A DNA stretch of 64,000 nt from Pelomyxa schiedti. Taxonomy: Eukaryota; Protista; Evosea. The translations under genes were made by a program, and so were the position numbers. Below the pieces are notes generated by a model. That model saw nothing but the letters and a program-made list of their open reading frames with translations. It was not told the origin of the DNA and searched no databases. The stretch spans positions 1 through 64,000 of the forward strand of contig JAHLWZ010000664.1 of NCBI GenBank assembly GCA_020536535.1, read 5' to 3'. Of the stretch, positions 36,420-49,181 are shown piece by piece (position 1 is the first letter of the stretch; every line of letters begins with the position of its first letter).

Positions 36420-37512
36420 TGACACAACGCAAAAAGGGACACGGTAAGGCCACAGACGAGGTACACCTACAGGTAACATTTACATTTCCAAGCATGAGAG
36501 AGCGAGATGTGGCAATTGAGTTCTTAGTTACAAACGGTGCCCTAATTGTCTGTACATAAGGCCAAAACAATAAATCCTCAAATCATTCGTTATTTTCTCA
36601 AAATTCTAAACATTCCCATCACTGTCGCCGTCGAAACGAATGTAAGTAGGGCTGACAAAAATAATGACACGCCACTCGCTTGTAATTCAGGGAGGGCTGT
36701 TGTTACGACAACTAGCCCGACGGTGGCAGCAAATGGGTTGACTGATATCCATACATCAGCAATAAAGAAGCCCAGCAGCAGAACCAACACAATCCATAGG
36801 ATCATTTCCGCTACTGAAGAGAAGATCTACAAACAAGTGAGCAAAAAATCAAAATGGACCTCTCGTACCCTTATTGCATTCCATGTAACTGTTCGGTCAC
36901 GGTTTGGTGTCAAGCTACGTACGAGGTTGACAAAAAGCCTCATAAGGTACAACACGCAAACTATGACGACAGTAATCATATGCACAAAAAAAAATAAGCA
37001 TGGAGCACTACCTAAAAAAAATGAGTCTTGATTGAAGATTGTACAAGTTTTTACCATTTGAGGTAACAACATCATATGTATTCACCCCGGATTGAATGGA
37101 GACACAGCTGTCCAAAATGAGCAGGGAACGCAGTATCAACCACGAGCAAAGTTTTCCATCCACCGATGCACGATGAGCAGGCATCAATACAGCGGTATGG
37201 GTGTGCAAACCATCAACAAGTGTTACTTTGTGTATGTAACTCTAAAGGTAAACATGACATTGATACCGGTGGTAGTCGCCATTGAAATCGTCGAACTTCC
37301 TAATGCTTCAAGTTTTCGAAAACTATGGTTAAATGCAATTAAAGTGGTATTATTAATCACTACTCAGTGCCTACTAGTGAAAGCGAAATAGTGACGATCT
37401 AAAAATCATGAGGTGCGCGATGTTTTGGACAACGCAAAAAAAATTTGGGTTCGACCTTAGTGGATACAACGCAGTAAATGTGCAGACCAGAACACACTCC
37501 ACCAAGTGCCAT
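36420..37512 (-). CDS. Putative multi-pass membrane protein (exon structure unresolved)
   Basis: Several hydrophobic exon-like ORFs (ITVVIVCVLYLMRLF, ILWIVLVLLLGFFIADVW, GVSLFLSALLTFVSTATVMG). Confidence 0.3.
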
Positions 37513-37914
37513 TATGGGTGCACTCGAACCTGCGAGCGTCGGCGTCGTTCGTAGGTGACCACCAGATCAGTCATTGCTTCTTTTTAGTTGTACCTTGATC
37601 AAATCCAGGGTAGGGAAATTCCCCTGTTTGAACGCTCGAATTAAAAAAATTTTTGTTCCCCCGGCTCGGTTAAGCACCTGCTGCTCCAGGCCGTCAGTNN
37701 NNNNNNNNNNNNNNNNNNNNNNNNNNNNNNNNNNNNNNNNNNNNNNNNNNNNNNNNNNNNNNNNNNNNNNNNNNNNNNNNNNNNNNNNNNNNNNNNNNTT
37801 CTTTTTAGTTGTACCTTGATCAAATCCAGGGTAGGGAAATTCCCCTGTTTGAACGCTCGAATTAAAAAAATTTTTGTTCCCCCGGCTCGGTTAAGCACCT
37901 GCTGCTCCAGGCCG

Positions 37915-40900
37915 TCAGTAGGGCCATTTCCAGGAGCTGACCTCAGGCATATCAATTCCAAACTGGGTAACATATAACTTGTGTTCAATCAACTTGTCCT
38001 TAAGTGACTCCTGTTGGGATTTTTAAGTGTGTTAGTACATCCAAAAGTTTAAATACTATTGTACCTTGACGTGAGCAGCATTTGGTAGACCAGGGACTCT
38101 GTCAATGACATCCATTGCCAGTGTGAACCGGTCTATCTGGTTCAGCACACACATATCAAATGGTGTTGTGGTAGTGCCCTCCTCTTTGTATCCCCTCACG
38201 TGGACATTATCGTGGTTGCGGCGGCGGTATATGAGCCTGTGTATGAGCCATGGGTAGCCGTGGAACACAAACATGACCGGCTTGTTGTTGGTGAACAGGA
38301 GATCATAATCCTTGTCAGAAATTCCATGCGGATGTTCAGCTGCGCTTTGTTAGTTCCGGAACAGTTTAAATAAGGTTTACGGTGTTTAATGTGCGAGTTG
38401 CAAAATTATTAGAGCAGCTCCAGGATATTGTAAATCGGGGGAGAATAAATTACATGGGTGCTGGATGGCCATGAGGTCTACAATATTGACGAATCGTATG
38501 TGGAGAGTAGGGAAGGCCTTCCTCAGGATATCAACAGCCGCAAGTGCCTCAAGAGTGGGTACATCGCCACAACAGACCACTACAACGTCCGGTTCCACAC
38601 CCTGTGGGTAGAATTTAAGTTAAAAAATAAGAAGAGGCTTATAAACCTGGTCATTAGAGGCCCACTCCCAGATTCCCAGTCCTTTGGTGCAATGTTTCTC
38701 AGCTGATGGCATATCCAAGAACTGCAGGGCTGGCTGCTTTCCGGCCACAATTACGTTCACATAGTGCCTGACCAGTGTTGGTAATGCTGAAGGAAGAATT
38801 CGGGGATATATTACTTGGAGCGCAGGCAATGATCAACGGAGTTCAAGAGACAGTTAGCATCAGGAGGCAGGTAAATCCTGATTACTTCCGACTTCTTGTT
38901 GACAACGTGATCAATGAAACCGGGATCTTGGTGGCTGAACCCATTGTGGTCCTGATAATGATGAATTTTATTTTTTCGGATACCAAAAAACTCTTTAGAA
39001 TACCTGGCGCCAGACATGGGAAGTAAGGAGATAGTTCATGGAGGGGATAGGTCGGCGCCATGGAATGTGGCGAGTTGTCTTGAGCCACTTGGCATGCTGA
39101 TTGAACATAGAATCAATCAAATGGATGAACGCCTCATAGCAAGAGAAGAACCCATGTCGGCCGGTCAACAGATATCCTGACAAAGATGAGGGGAAAGGAG
39201 TTGAAAGACAACAAACCTTCCAACCATCCCTCAATTGTGTGTTCACTCAGAATTTCCATCACTCTTCCGTCACAGGCAAGGTTGTCATCAGAAGGGATAC
39301 TCTCAGCCATCCAGGTACGTTTGCTTTCCTCGAATACTGCTTGCAATCTGTTTGACGCTGTCTCATCAGGTCCAAACACTCGGAAGTTGGCCTGGGCAGC
39401 ATTCATGTGCATTACATCTCTGAGGAACTTGCCAGAGACAGCAGTGGATTCCACCTCCAAAGTTCCTGGGAGAGCCATTTCAGAGGCGAATACAAGTCTA
39501 GAAGAACCAACCAGGCTTCACAACAGGAACGGCGTAGGCTCGGAAGTCGGGCATCCTCAAATCAACAGTCAACTTTCCACCATTAGCGTGTGGATTGTGG
39601 CCCATTCGACGGTCACCACTGAGATAATAATGAGAAAGAAATGTGTGAGATTCATATTCTTACGTGGGAGCAAGAGTTTGTAGCTCGGCACGAAGCTTGC
39701 CAGTCTCATCAAAGAGCTCCTGTGGTCGGTATGATTTCATCCAGTCCTGTTAATTTTAGATTAATTTTAATGGTAAGATGGAAGATAGCACTCACCTCGA
39801 GCACTTTAAGGTGGGCCGGGTTTGCTTGGATGTCAGCAACAGGTACTTGATGTGCCCTCCAGCTATCTTCCACTCGTTTTCCTGTATTTCTGCGTTAGAA
39901 TCATCGTCGCTAAGGATTAGCCGACAACCATCAACCACTTTGGGTCCAGTCCAACCCTTAGGTGTCTTCATGATAATCATTGGCCACTAAATTGCAAAGA
40001 AAAGTGAGATAAAATTACAAGCTATGATCACTATGAACCTGGGGTCTCGCAGTATTTCCTGCTTTTGCTGCTGCCTTGATTGCTTTGATTTCAGCAATAA
40101 TGACATCAAGGGTGGCGGCCATAAATTGATGCACCTGAGCAGGATCGTTTCTTTTCCAAAGTAAGCGTATTATAAAAAGGAAAACTTGGGACATACCCTT
40201 CAACCCAATAAGGTTTGTAGCCATAGCCAACAAATAAGCTGTTTAATTCGCTCTCGGGAAGGCGGGCCAGCACAGTGGGGTTGGCAATCTTGTAGCCATT
40301 CAAGTGAAGGATTGGTAGAACACAACCTAACAAGGTAAGCTCACCAAGAAAGGATTGTCTGAAAGGCATACCATCTCTAACAGGGTGCAAGAATTTGTTT
40401 GAGTGCCATGAGGCTGCAAGCGGGCCAGATTCAGCCTCACCATCTCCTACAACACATGCCACAATCAAATCTGGATTATCGAAAGCAGCACCATAAGCAT
40501 GTGATACAGCGTAGCTAGTACGAGTTAAGAAATTAGTGGAAAAGGAAGAATTATTACCCCAGTTCTCCGCCCTCGTGAATAGAGCCAGGGACTTCAGGAG
40601 CAGCGTGGGATGGAATTCCTCCTGGAAATGAGAACTGCTTGAATAAACGTTGAAGTCCTGCTTTGTCCTGAGAAACGGAGGGGTAGTAGCTGCTGTAAGT
40701 TCCCTCAAGGTATCTAAAGCGAGAAAATTGAGTCAAGTGTTCCCTTTTAGTATCGTTACTCACGCATTTGCAACCATGGCTGGACCACCGTGACCAGGAC
40801 CGCAGATGTAGATCATACTGAGGTCATCTCGTTTGATGATTCTGTTGAGATGAGCGTATATGAAGTTCAAACCAGGTGTTGTTCCCCAATGTCCCAACAG

Positions 40901-41275
40901 CCTAATGCAATTATCAGCATTAAAGACCCGAATTGATAGCTAGCTAAAAATATATTTCCGTAGAGCGAGAAAAAGGGGAGAACCTTGGCTTCACATGCTC
41001 TTTTGCAAGTGGTTGTTCCAATAAGGGGTTATCTAGTAGGTATATCTGGCCAACAGCCAAGTAGTTTGCAGCACGCCAATATGCATCAATGAGCCTGAGC
41101 TCAGCATCACTAAGTGGTGTCCCTGGTACTGTGCACTATATTCCAGTGAATATTAAGAATATTGCAAGAGAATTTATTAAATCAACGATAGGACGAAACA
41201 GAAGGAATTGCATTCCAAAGGCTTAAAGAAAGAGAACAAAGAAATTAAGTTTATGAGCACCTTGTTTGTTATCAT
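37915..41275 (-). CDS. xfp: Xylulose-5-phosphate/fructose-6-phosphate phosphoketolase (TPP-dependent), intron-rich
   Basis: Motifs [77 protein letters not shown] and EILSEH; interrupted by more than ten GT-AG introns. Confidence 0.95.
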
Positions 41276-41653
41276 GGTTGCCAACCAATTGGTTTTATTA
41301 TTTATTTGTTGCGGTTTTGTCTTCGCTGTTTGAAGGGGTACCAAAACCAAATTTCTGTCATTTTTCTTAGACGAAAGGCGGGGAGATCTTCGTCTGAGAG
41401 GCTCTGCCTCTGAGGTACGTGGACAATTGAGTGTCAATCCCTCAAGTGTTTGTTGTTCTCTCAAACTGAAGTTCAGTTCTCAGACTCGGGACTTTCGTTT
41501 TCTCGGATTGTGCCGGTTATCAGAAAGCCCGAACAAACGAGAAAAAAGGGGTGGTGTGTTGTGATAATCATCAAGCAGGGGAACGTGTGTCGTGAATATA
41601 CACACCCATCATTAGAAACCAGCCTGACGTAGACCTGTTAGTTACTTAGTGAA

Positions 41654-43507
41654 ATGCTCGGCAAAAAAAAAGGTGCTACGACACGCCCACTTGGAATTGG
41701 TTTTTTGTTTTTGACCTTTTTTTGTTGGATTTGAACTGGTTCGTTTTGGTTTTTTGTCTATAATGGCATTTTGTTGAATTGCTAAAAACAAACAGACAAG
41801 ACAAAAAAAAGTGCCGCGGCTGAGGTAGTTCTCCTACTTCCTATTGGTGGGTTTTTTTTAACTTAAATTTAAAAGACAGCAGGTTTCTATGGCTTCATAT
41901 TAATTATATTCTTTCTGAATTGTATTTCTTTCCCTCTATGGACAGATGCTGCCCATGAAACTACACCGTCAACACCAACTCACACATCAAGCACAAGCAC
42001 TAGCGCGAGCAGCACAGTTAAAAGTCCGACTGCCCTATCCGCCAGCAATAAGTCCTCAAGCAGCCCGGCTATCAACCCTACGGGAAGTATAACAACTTCT
42101 ACAACATCCACCTCGAAACCAAAGGAGAAGAAAGGAGGGTTATTTAGAATGTCTGTAAAGAAGCCGCAACCACCTGTTTCTACTCCTCCACCAGCAGCTG
42201 AAGTATGCTTGCACAACTCCAATACTTATTGTCTCATTTAATCTATAGCCACCTCCCCCTGCCATTGACGTTGCAGTGTGTTTGATTTTATTTTAACTTT
42301 TTTCCTCTATTTACACCCTCCAGGATTTGTTGGCAGGCTTCAGTGGGGCATCCTACCCTCCAAAGGGGTATTGGACTGTACTCGATAAAGACATGTACTT
42401 CCATCACACTTTTGTACTGCTCTCATTCCATTTTTTAAAATTACAGACCACCCAATCCTCAATTGCAAGGTTTTTATTTTGGAGTGTTCCTTTGAAAGGT
42501 AAAACCTGCATAGTTTTTCAAATACCACTTGAGGAACTGGCGGCAAGGAAAGATTCCGTGAAGGGCATTCCGGCAGTGATAGAGCATTGCTTCCTGCATC
42601 TCGAAAATTGTGTGCACTTTTTACTCCTTTGCATGTCACCCATATGACTCAGCCGGTCTGGGAGTAGAAGGAATTTTCAGAGTTGCTGGACGACCACACC
42701 TGATAACTGAACTACATGTGAAATTCAATGCTGCAGAAGGTATTGCAGTTTCCCAACAATGGTTAATAGCTTGTTAAGGCGTTGATTTATCGGAGTTCAG
42801 TACACACGATGTTTCCACAATCCTGAAAAAGTAATGGCCTTTCCCTGCGCTGTATGCTGACACTCCCCTTCAGATTCTTTGTTGAACTACCGGAATCCCC
42901 CATCCCGATGGCAATCTTGGAACCTGTTCCCGTACCTACGAACCCTGGTTTCGTCTTTGTCTTTCAGATGTTCAGTACCAATATTCTTATCCAATAGAAG
43001 AGGAAGCTGCTTCTGTAAAACTTCTTCGAGAAGCAGTTCGCACTCTACCGGACTATGCCTATCAACTCCTAAAGAGGCTATTCCTCATACTGCAAAATAC
43101 AGCTGCCCTCGAGGAACAAAATAAAATGAGTGCCGATAACTTGTGCAGACTCTTTGGTGACTTTTCACAATAATACAAAAAAAAACCTCCAGAACACCCC
43201 AAAATAAACTTCCGCATAATCGCATAATCTATTGCAATCCTAATCTAAAATTGCCGGCTCCGGCCCCACCCGCACCCCATCTCCATAGTACCCCTATACA
43301 TGTAGTAGCATGGACACTTACCTTCAACAACACAAACCAGGACCCCTTGTTTGCCGTGCGGACACAGCCAACGCCACGCTATTGACACCCAAACACTTGG
43401 CTATGATTGACAACATCAACCAGCTTACAAAGGTGATGATTGTGAATGCCTCGGAGGTGTTCAAGCACAGACACCCTCACCGCTCTCACCATGATGACGA
43501 TTCATAA
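41654..43507 (+). CDS. RhoGAP-domain protein (start uncertain)
   Basis: Motifs IFQIPLEEL...IPAVIEHC, GLGVEGIFRVAG (arginine finger), VSTILKK and NKMSADNL. Confidence 0.8.
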
Positions 43508-43573
43508 CCACCACTTACAGAACTGTATCCATTGATATTCAAAAAACCAAACATTCACCTCCTCAAAAAATAG

Positions 43574-43645
43574 TGGCCCCGCTCAGAATCGAACTGAGAT
43601 CAAGAGAGCCAAAATCTCCCATACTAACCATTATACTACGGAGCC
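43574..43645 (-). tRNA. tRNA-Gln (TTG)
   Basis: 72-nt cloverleaf GGCTCCG...CGGGGCCA; anticodon arm GGAGA-TTTTGGC-TCTCT; T-loop TTCGATT; T-run terminator. Confidence 0.85.
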
Positions 43646-43747
43646 TCACAACTCTTGCCTCGTGGAATCGGACTGGTTTGTACAACAGAACAAAAATTCC
43701 GAGGAGAAGGAGGATATTGAATGAGACCGGACGTAAATAATTGTTGT

Positions 43748-43829
43748 GCAGGTATGGCCGAGAGGTCTAAGGCGGCTGATTTAAGCTCAGCTATCGAAAG
43801 ATGCGTGGGTTCGAACCCCACTGCCTGCA
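43748..43829 (+). tRNA. tRNA-Leu (TAA)
   Basis: 82-nt GCAGGTA...TGCCTGCA; anticodon arm GCTGA-TTTAAGC-TCAGC; long variable arm; poly-T terminator. Confidence 0.92.
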
Positions 43830-43859
43830 AATTTTTTTTTTTTAACGAGAATGGGCTGG

Positions 43860-43989
43860 TGGTTTGTCCTTTCATTTTCAAGAGTTGGAGAATGGCACCA
43901 AGGAGTAGAGAGATGTTTCTGGAAGTCATGTACGACACTTCAATATCTGCATCAAATCCATTTATTTTTTCAAGAAAGCAAGTTGCCAC
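43860..43989 (-). pseudogene. Remnant of the 3' end of the F-box-GTPase family
   Basis: Translates NGFDADIEVSYMTSRNISLLLGAILQL versus NGFDAFIEVSAMTSRNIPQLRWAILQL at about 60240-60340. No upstream exons and no CAAX motif. Confidence 0.7.
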
Positions 43990-44087
43990 AAGCTGCTACT
44001 TGGCACAATTTACCTAACGTTTAACGTTTAGGCTTGCCCAAAGAATGAACAACAATAAAAAAACTCCAAGTAAACGCAAACGCAACC

Positions 44088-45711
44088 ATGCACTCAGACG
44101 ACGAGGACTACACTCCCTCAGCTCCAACAACAACAACAACCAACTCCGCCCCACCCCCTACTGCATCAACGACCACCACCTCCACTTCCACTCCCCAACG
44201 TCGGCAGCCTCTGTCGCCCCCCAAACCGCAATCCCTTGGCACCAAGCCCATACCCCACAACCACGGCGGCGGCAGCAGCAGTGATAGCGACGAAGAGAGC
44301 GCGACCGATGAAGATGACGGCGACGACGACGATGGTGATGAGGAGGAGGAGGATGTGGATGATGATGAGGATGATGATGATGATGATGAGGGGCCTGTGA
44401 CGCTGAGGAAGTCGAGCACAGGGGGCGTGGTTTGTGCTCGCGACGACGTGGTGAAAACACCCCCAAAAAAGCGCACCAAGAAGGACTGGTGTGAGTACAA
44501 GGACTGGAGAGTCGAAGGGACGCAAGTTGCCACGAAGGGACGCGACAAGTTCTTTGCCAGTTACACTCTGACGCCTCCATCTGGTGCTAAGAATAGAGCC
44601 TCTATTGTTCTTCAGCCGGGAAATATTGTGGCTGTGTGGGGGAATCCAGCCCCTCTGGTCATTGAGGCTCTGGTTAAGCAAATTACAGGCAGCAACAAGT
44701 TCACGTTCTTTTGCAGGAAGGCCAATACAAGTATCTCCATCCACTTCACTGTTCTCAATTCTGACCATAATTAATAAAAACCACTCAAAAAGGCATTGGG
44801 AAACTGGAGAGCTTCGTCCACCCAAACAGCCGTGCTCAGGAACGAAGAATAAGCACAAGGTTAGTGGCTTCTACATCCATTTATTCACCCCACTTACTCT
44901 CCTCAGATCTCGTCAAAGGAGCTTGCGATTTGGCACAGGTGATATTATTAAAATCTTTAATTCCAAGCCGGAGCCAGGCCACAGCACAGCAAAATACCTT
45001 GAGAGAACCTTTCCAAAGGGAAGGTTGGATTCGGCTGTACATATGGTGGCACAGAAGCGGCCGCCTCCTCCTAGTCCCACCTCTTCCGAGCCGGTGTCAC
45101 CCCCTGCACCAAAGAAACCAAATGTTAGTACCACACCTGCGGCAGCAAGCAAGCAAGGCTCCCCGTTATCTTCCACTACTTCCAAAAAAACCCCCTCCTC
45201 AGAGTCACCGCGGAACACCGCTTCTTCTTCAGTACCGGGACCATCAGCAGGCACATCTCCATCTCATAGGCCACCTCAACGTTCCGCGGAGCTGGTCCCA
45301 GAAGACATGTTGGTTCTCTCTGGTCAGTATTCTTATTTCCTGATGACCAAGTTCTCATTTTCCACAGGAAACGCGGCTCACTTACGCAAGAACTCTGAAT
45401 CCCAAGTTGCACTTGCACAGGGGAACGTGAACCAAGTATGAGAATTACTATTACCATTTATCAACTCTTGAATTGACCTTCTCCTCCAGCTGTTTTCCAT
45501 GATCAGAGATGAAATTCAAGATAAACTTCTTGAGGGGCAGCAGCGAATGCAACAACAAATGATAGACGCCCAGAAAGAAATGCAACAGCAAATGATAAAG
45601 GCGCAGAAGGCAATGCACAAACGAATGACCCAGTCGCAGGAACATATCACAGCTCTAATAATAAAGGTGCTGGAACACAGGGACACCAGCAGTACTGACA
45701 ATTCGCCATAA
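44088..45711 (+). CDS. Hypothetical multi-exon protein with an acidic tract, an S/P/T-rich region and a C-terminal coiled coil
   Basis: Long ORFs with biased composition that can be linked by GT-AG introns; no family recognised. Confidence 0.5.
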
Positions 45712-45814
45712 AAAAAAAAAAGTTTCCAGATCACCGGAAGCTCCTCCTATTTCCCAGGGTGTTATCACACACAGATTTTTTCTGCTAACGGCGTTCGGAA
45801 TTGCACCGGTTTCA

Positions 45815-47229
45815 ATGGCGGCGTCTAGTGTGTCGACTAGTAGTACCACGACGACATCGACGACTGATCATGGTGCTGCTGTAGCTACTACTACTGGTTG
45901 GTTTGGTTGGCATGTTTCTCCTCAAACGAACTAAATTATGTCTCTTTTTTTTTTGGTTGTTAGATGATGAGAATATATTGATGCAGGGGTATTTGTCTAT
46001 GAAAGTGAGCAAGGGGAAGCGGTTCAGACCTTTTTTCGCGGTAGTTTACGGAGGTACCATGTTCTACTACAAGGTATTGACCTACTAAGAACAATATGTA
46101 TAATCTGACTATTATCTTTCTTTAAAAGAACGAATTGGATGTGGTACCAGCAGGGTCAGCTAACCTTGGGGGTTGTGAGGTTGCCTTGTCACCAGATGAG
46201 CCAAAGCAGAAAAATCTGTTCAAAATCACCTCTCCGACAGCTACACTTTTTGCTTCTGCAAGGTTTGGGATTCTTAATTTTGTATCACTAATACATAAAA
46301 ATGAAGCAAACCTGAAAAACGGGATGCTTGGATTGAAGCTGTTAGACAAGGGATTACCCTCCCTGCACATGCGGCTCCACCTAAGGACTATGTTCCGGCT
46401 GAAAAGAAGTCGATTGGATTCAGGGTGAGAACTGGAAGTTCGCGTTTCCCTATCTGATATTGTTACAGGCAAAAAAAACCCTTGGAAGCAAAATTGTTGG
46501 TTCCAGGCTGGGCAAGCAGAGCCTCGAATCGTTTGTATTAAATGACCATGTAAGGTTGTCTCGGCACTCAATTCTTTCTCTGTTGTTCTCTAATTACTTT
46601 CAAAGGTCACTAATCAGAGCATTACGAAAAATTGTAGAAGCTGAATCTAGTAAGGAATCCGCCGATTTCATTGAGAAATCGATCATCAAACTGGTGATGA
46701 AAGTATACTTTGAGGTGCCATTGTGCATTGAAAAGCCAGAATGCACTGATGTAATATAGTGGTCCAGAAAAACCATATCAACTGAAGATCTCATGCAAAT
46801 CGACAGACCCTTAAGAGAAGCATTCAACCTCATTGATAAAATGTACAGAACTTCCAGCCGGAAGAAAGTACTGCAATTTCTCCTGAAAATGATCTTTATA
46901 TGAACAATTAATTCCTCAAGGCCGCACTCATGAAAGAGAATTTCTTGCGAATAGAACTTTGCTTTGGAGAAGTATTCCGCATGCTTGGTGACCTCATGCG
47001 GCCCCACCTAAGGCCTGTAATTCTCCTTCAAACACGCGAATTAATTCCAGTTTTCAGACCGGTGAACATGATGATGATGCAACAAGTAGTTGACATCATC
47101 GGGTCTGCCTCTTTCCTTATGAGGGTTTGGGACCTAAACAGGGAGGATACAACGGGCCACTTTGACGAAAATATGTTTGCCCTTGTAAATGCTATGACCT
47201 CCTACACACAAATTGAATTCCACCCTTAG
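45815..47229 (+). CDS. PH domain + TIPE/TNFAIP8-like (DUF758) domain protein
   Basis: PH: MQGYLSMK...RPFFAVVYGGTMFYYK...RDAWIEAVRQ. TIPE-like: AKKTLGSKIVGS, ADFIEKSIIKLVMKV, LMRPHL and SASFLMRVW. Confidence 0.7.
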
Positions 47230-47331
47230 CTCAACAACCTCAACTCCCCTGTGAAAAGAAAAGCGAAAAGAGAATCCAAACAAAACATTGCATGCTCTTT
47301 TTATTTTAATTCGAGAAAGCATGCAGTCCAA

Positions 47332-48936
47332 TCACCACAAAGAGTGGTACATAGGATCCACAGAAGTAAGAGTGACTTCACCCAGAGTTGGTCTCTTGTC
47401 TGCAACAGGAATTTTGCCTCTTCTTTTCATGTGCTCGAATCTTTCCGCCATCAAATCAAAGGTTTGCTGTGATTCTGTTAGTAAATAGTCAAGCGGAGTC
47501 AAAAAGTACATTCTGTTGTGACCGCATGTTATCCACAGATTGCCGTTTGGTTTTCACTTGATAGGGAATTCTGTGTGAGGTTGTTACACCAATTTTATTC
47601 TATGACTATAGTTTACATTGGTACTTGTTGCTGCTTCTTTGCTTCTGCTAAAGCTTTTTTGGTTTTTCGGACCCTATTGTCATGACTCTTTTTCACCTTG
47701 TCAATGGTCTTGGCCAGTTCGGGGATACTACGCTTAATTAGAACCATGGCGTTAAGCTAGGAAGCAAATACTTATTCCAGTCTTCGCGTGTCTTAGTTTT
47801 CCGTATGCCTGAGTCCCATGCCTTTTAACAAGGAGTCAACATAACATGAAAAGATGCGTTCATAGAGTACCGAGGCGTGCAGCTTTTGGTTTTTGGCTCT
47901 TTTTGTCAGCGCTTTGAGCTGAGATAATCTTCTGTTTACATCTCTCAAACGTTTAGTCTCCACTTGTACAGCACGACTGTCTGGTTGATAAGAATCGGCT
48001 GTTGTTGGGAGATCCAGAGCCTTAACAGCTTGTTTTCCTAGAGATTTGCCTCTATCCTTTTGTTTTTTTCCAAAAAAGTTAGGAAGCGTTAATTTATGGT
48101 TGTGTCTACTTCAAATAGGAGGACAAACTGGCTTTTTGTTCAAGTGTGTAATAGTTGGATGCACCCATTCGTCAGGTTTTGGGCCTTCTGGTTTCTGGTG
48201 CTCGTGAGCTTTTTTTTTTTTTTTTTTTGAGTTTGTAAGAAAATGGATACACAACTGTTCTACTTACCACTCGTAAAAACACAAGTTAATCGCCTTCTCT
48301 TTGGTTCAGTAGGAGATAAATACTGCTTAGACCGCTGTCTTTTTTTCCCAAGCTGTTCTTCTTGCAATAGCTCTTTGCCCACCCTAACTCTGGTTCTTCG
48401 GCTGGAAACCTTCACAGGCTTATTTTTCTCCTTTGTCTTCTCAGTTGGGCTACTAATAGTGTCTGTCACGACAGGTCGTCTTCTCCACAATTCCGTTTTT
48501 GACACTGGCAATAAAGAATATTATAAACTTATTACAATNNNNNNNNNNNNNNNNNNNNNNNNNNNNNNNNNNNNNNNNNNNNNNNNNNNNNNNNNNNNNN
48601 NNNNNNNNNNNNNNNNNNNNNNNNNNNNNNNNNNNNNNGTGTGTGCATTTCAGTAGTAGAAACATAATCACAAAACAAAAAAAAAGAAACATAGCATTAG
48701 TGGTTGGTTGGACACCCATAATTAGGGAATAGGGAGTGCGCACTGGGTGATTTGGTCCTGTCTATTACGAAGCGGGCGCGCCAGGCCTTTTCCCGGGCGC
48801 GATCGGCGACGTCCCTGGCGGCCTCGGCGTCCTCGGCGGGCGTGGTGGCCGTGACGGACATGCCGCGCCACGCTCGCTTGTTCTTCTTGGTCTTGTGCTT
48901 GCGCTTGATCCGCCGCGTCTGCTTCCGTCCTCCCAT
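47332..48936 (-). CDS. NOP53: NOP53/GLTSCR2-like ribosome biogenesis protein (contains a gap)
   Basis: Motifs KKNKRAWR, AIM-like FVID, SYQP and C-terminal DLMAERFEHMKRRGKI. Confidence 0.55.
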
Positions 48937-49181
48937 TTCGAAATGATGTCTTGTTCTTGGTTGTCTAACTCACCCACCCACCACGTGCCCCCACTCGGTA
49001 TCGTACGACGCACGGAAACAAACGACGCGGGCCAATAAAGTAGCGATATGCAACTGAATCACCGAATCTGGACCTATGAAGCTCACACTCCTCCTGAAGC
49101 TGGATTGAAGCTCCACACTGTGCCTAAGCTGAGAAGTTAATTTCACGAAGCAGCTCCCTCTTCATTTCAATCAAATTCGAA

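Larger units (their letters stand above)
43532..43829. repeat. 298-bp segment duplicated at 59868-60165, carrying the tRNA-Gln/tRNA-Leu pair
   Basis: No difference seen on reading both copies; constant offset of 16336 at both ends. Confidence 0.9.

Noticed and set aside
37505-37560. GGTTCGAGT B-box-like motif on the minus strand
   Set aside because: No cloverleaf can be folded around it.
44108-44858. Long antisense and alternative-frame ORFs over low-complexity exons (also around 1311-2063, 8424-9245 and 53947-54577)
   Set aside because: These are shadow ORFs caused by trinucleotide-rich, stop-poor sequence.
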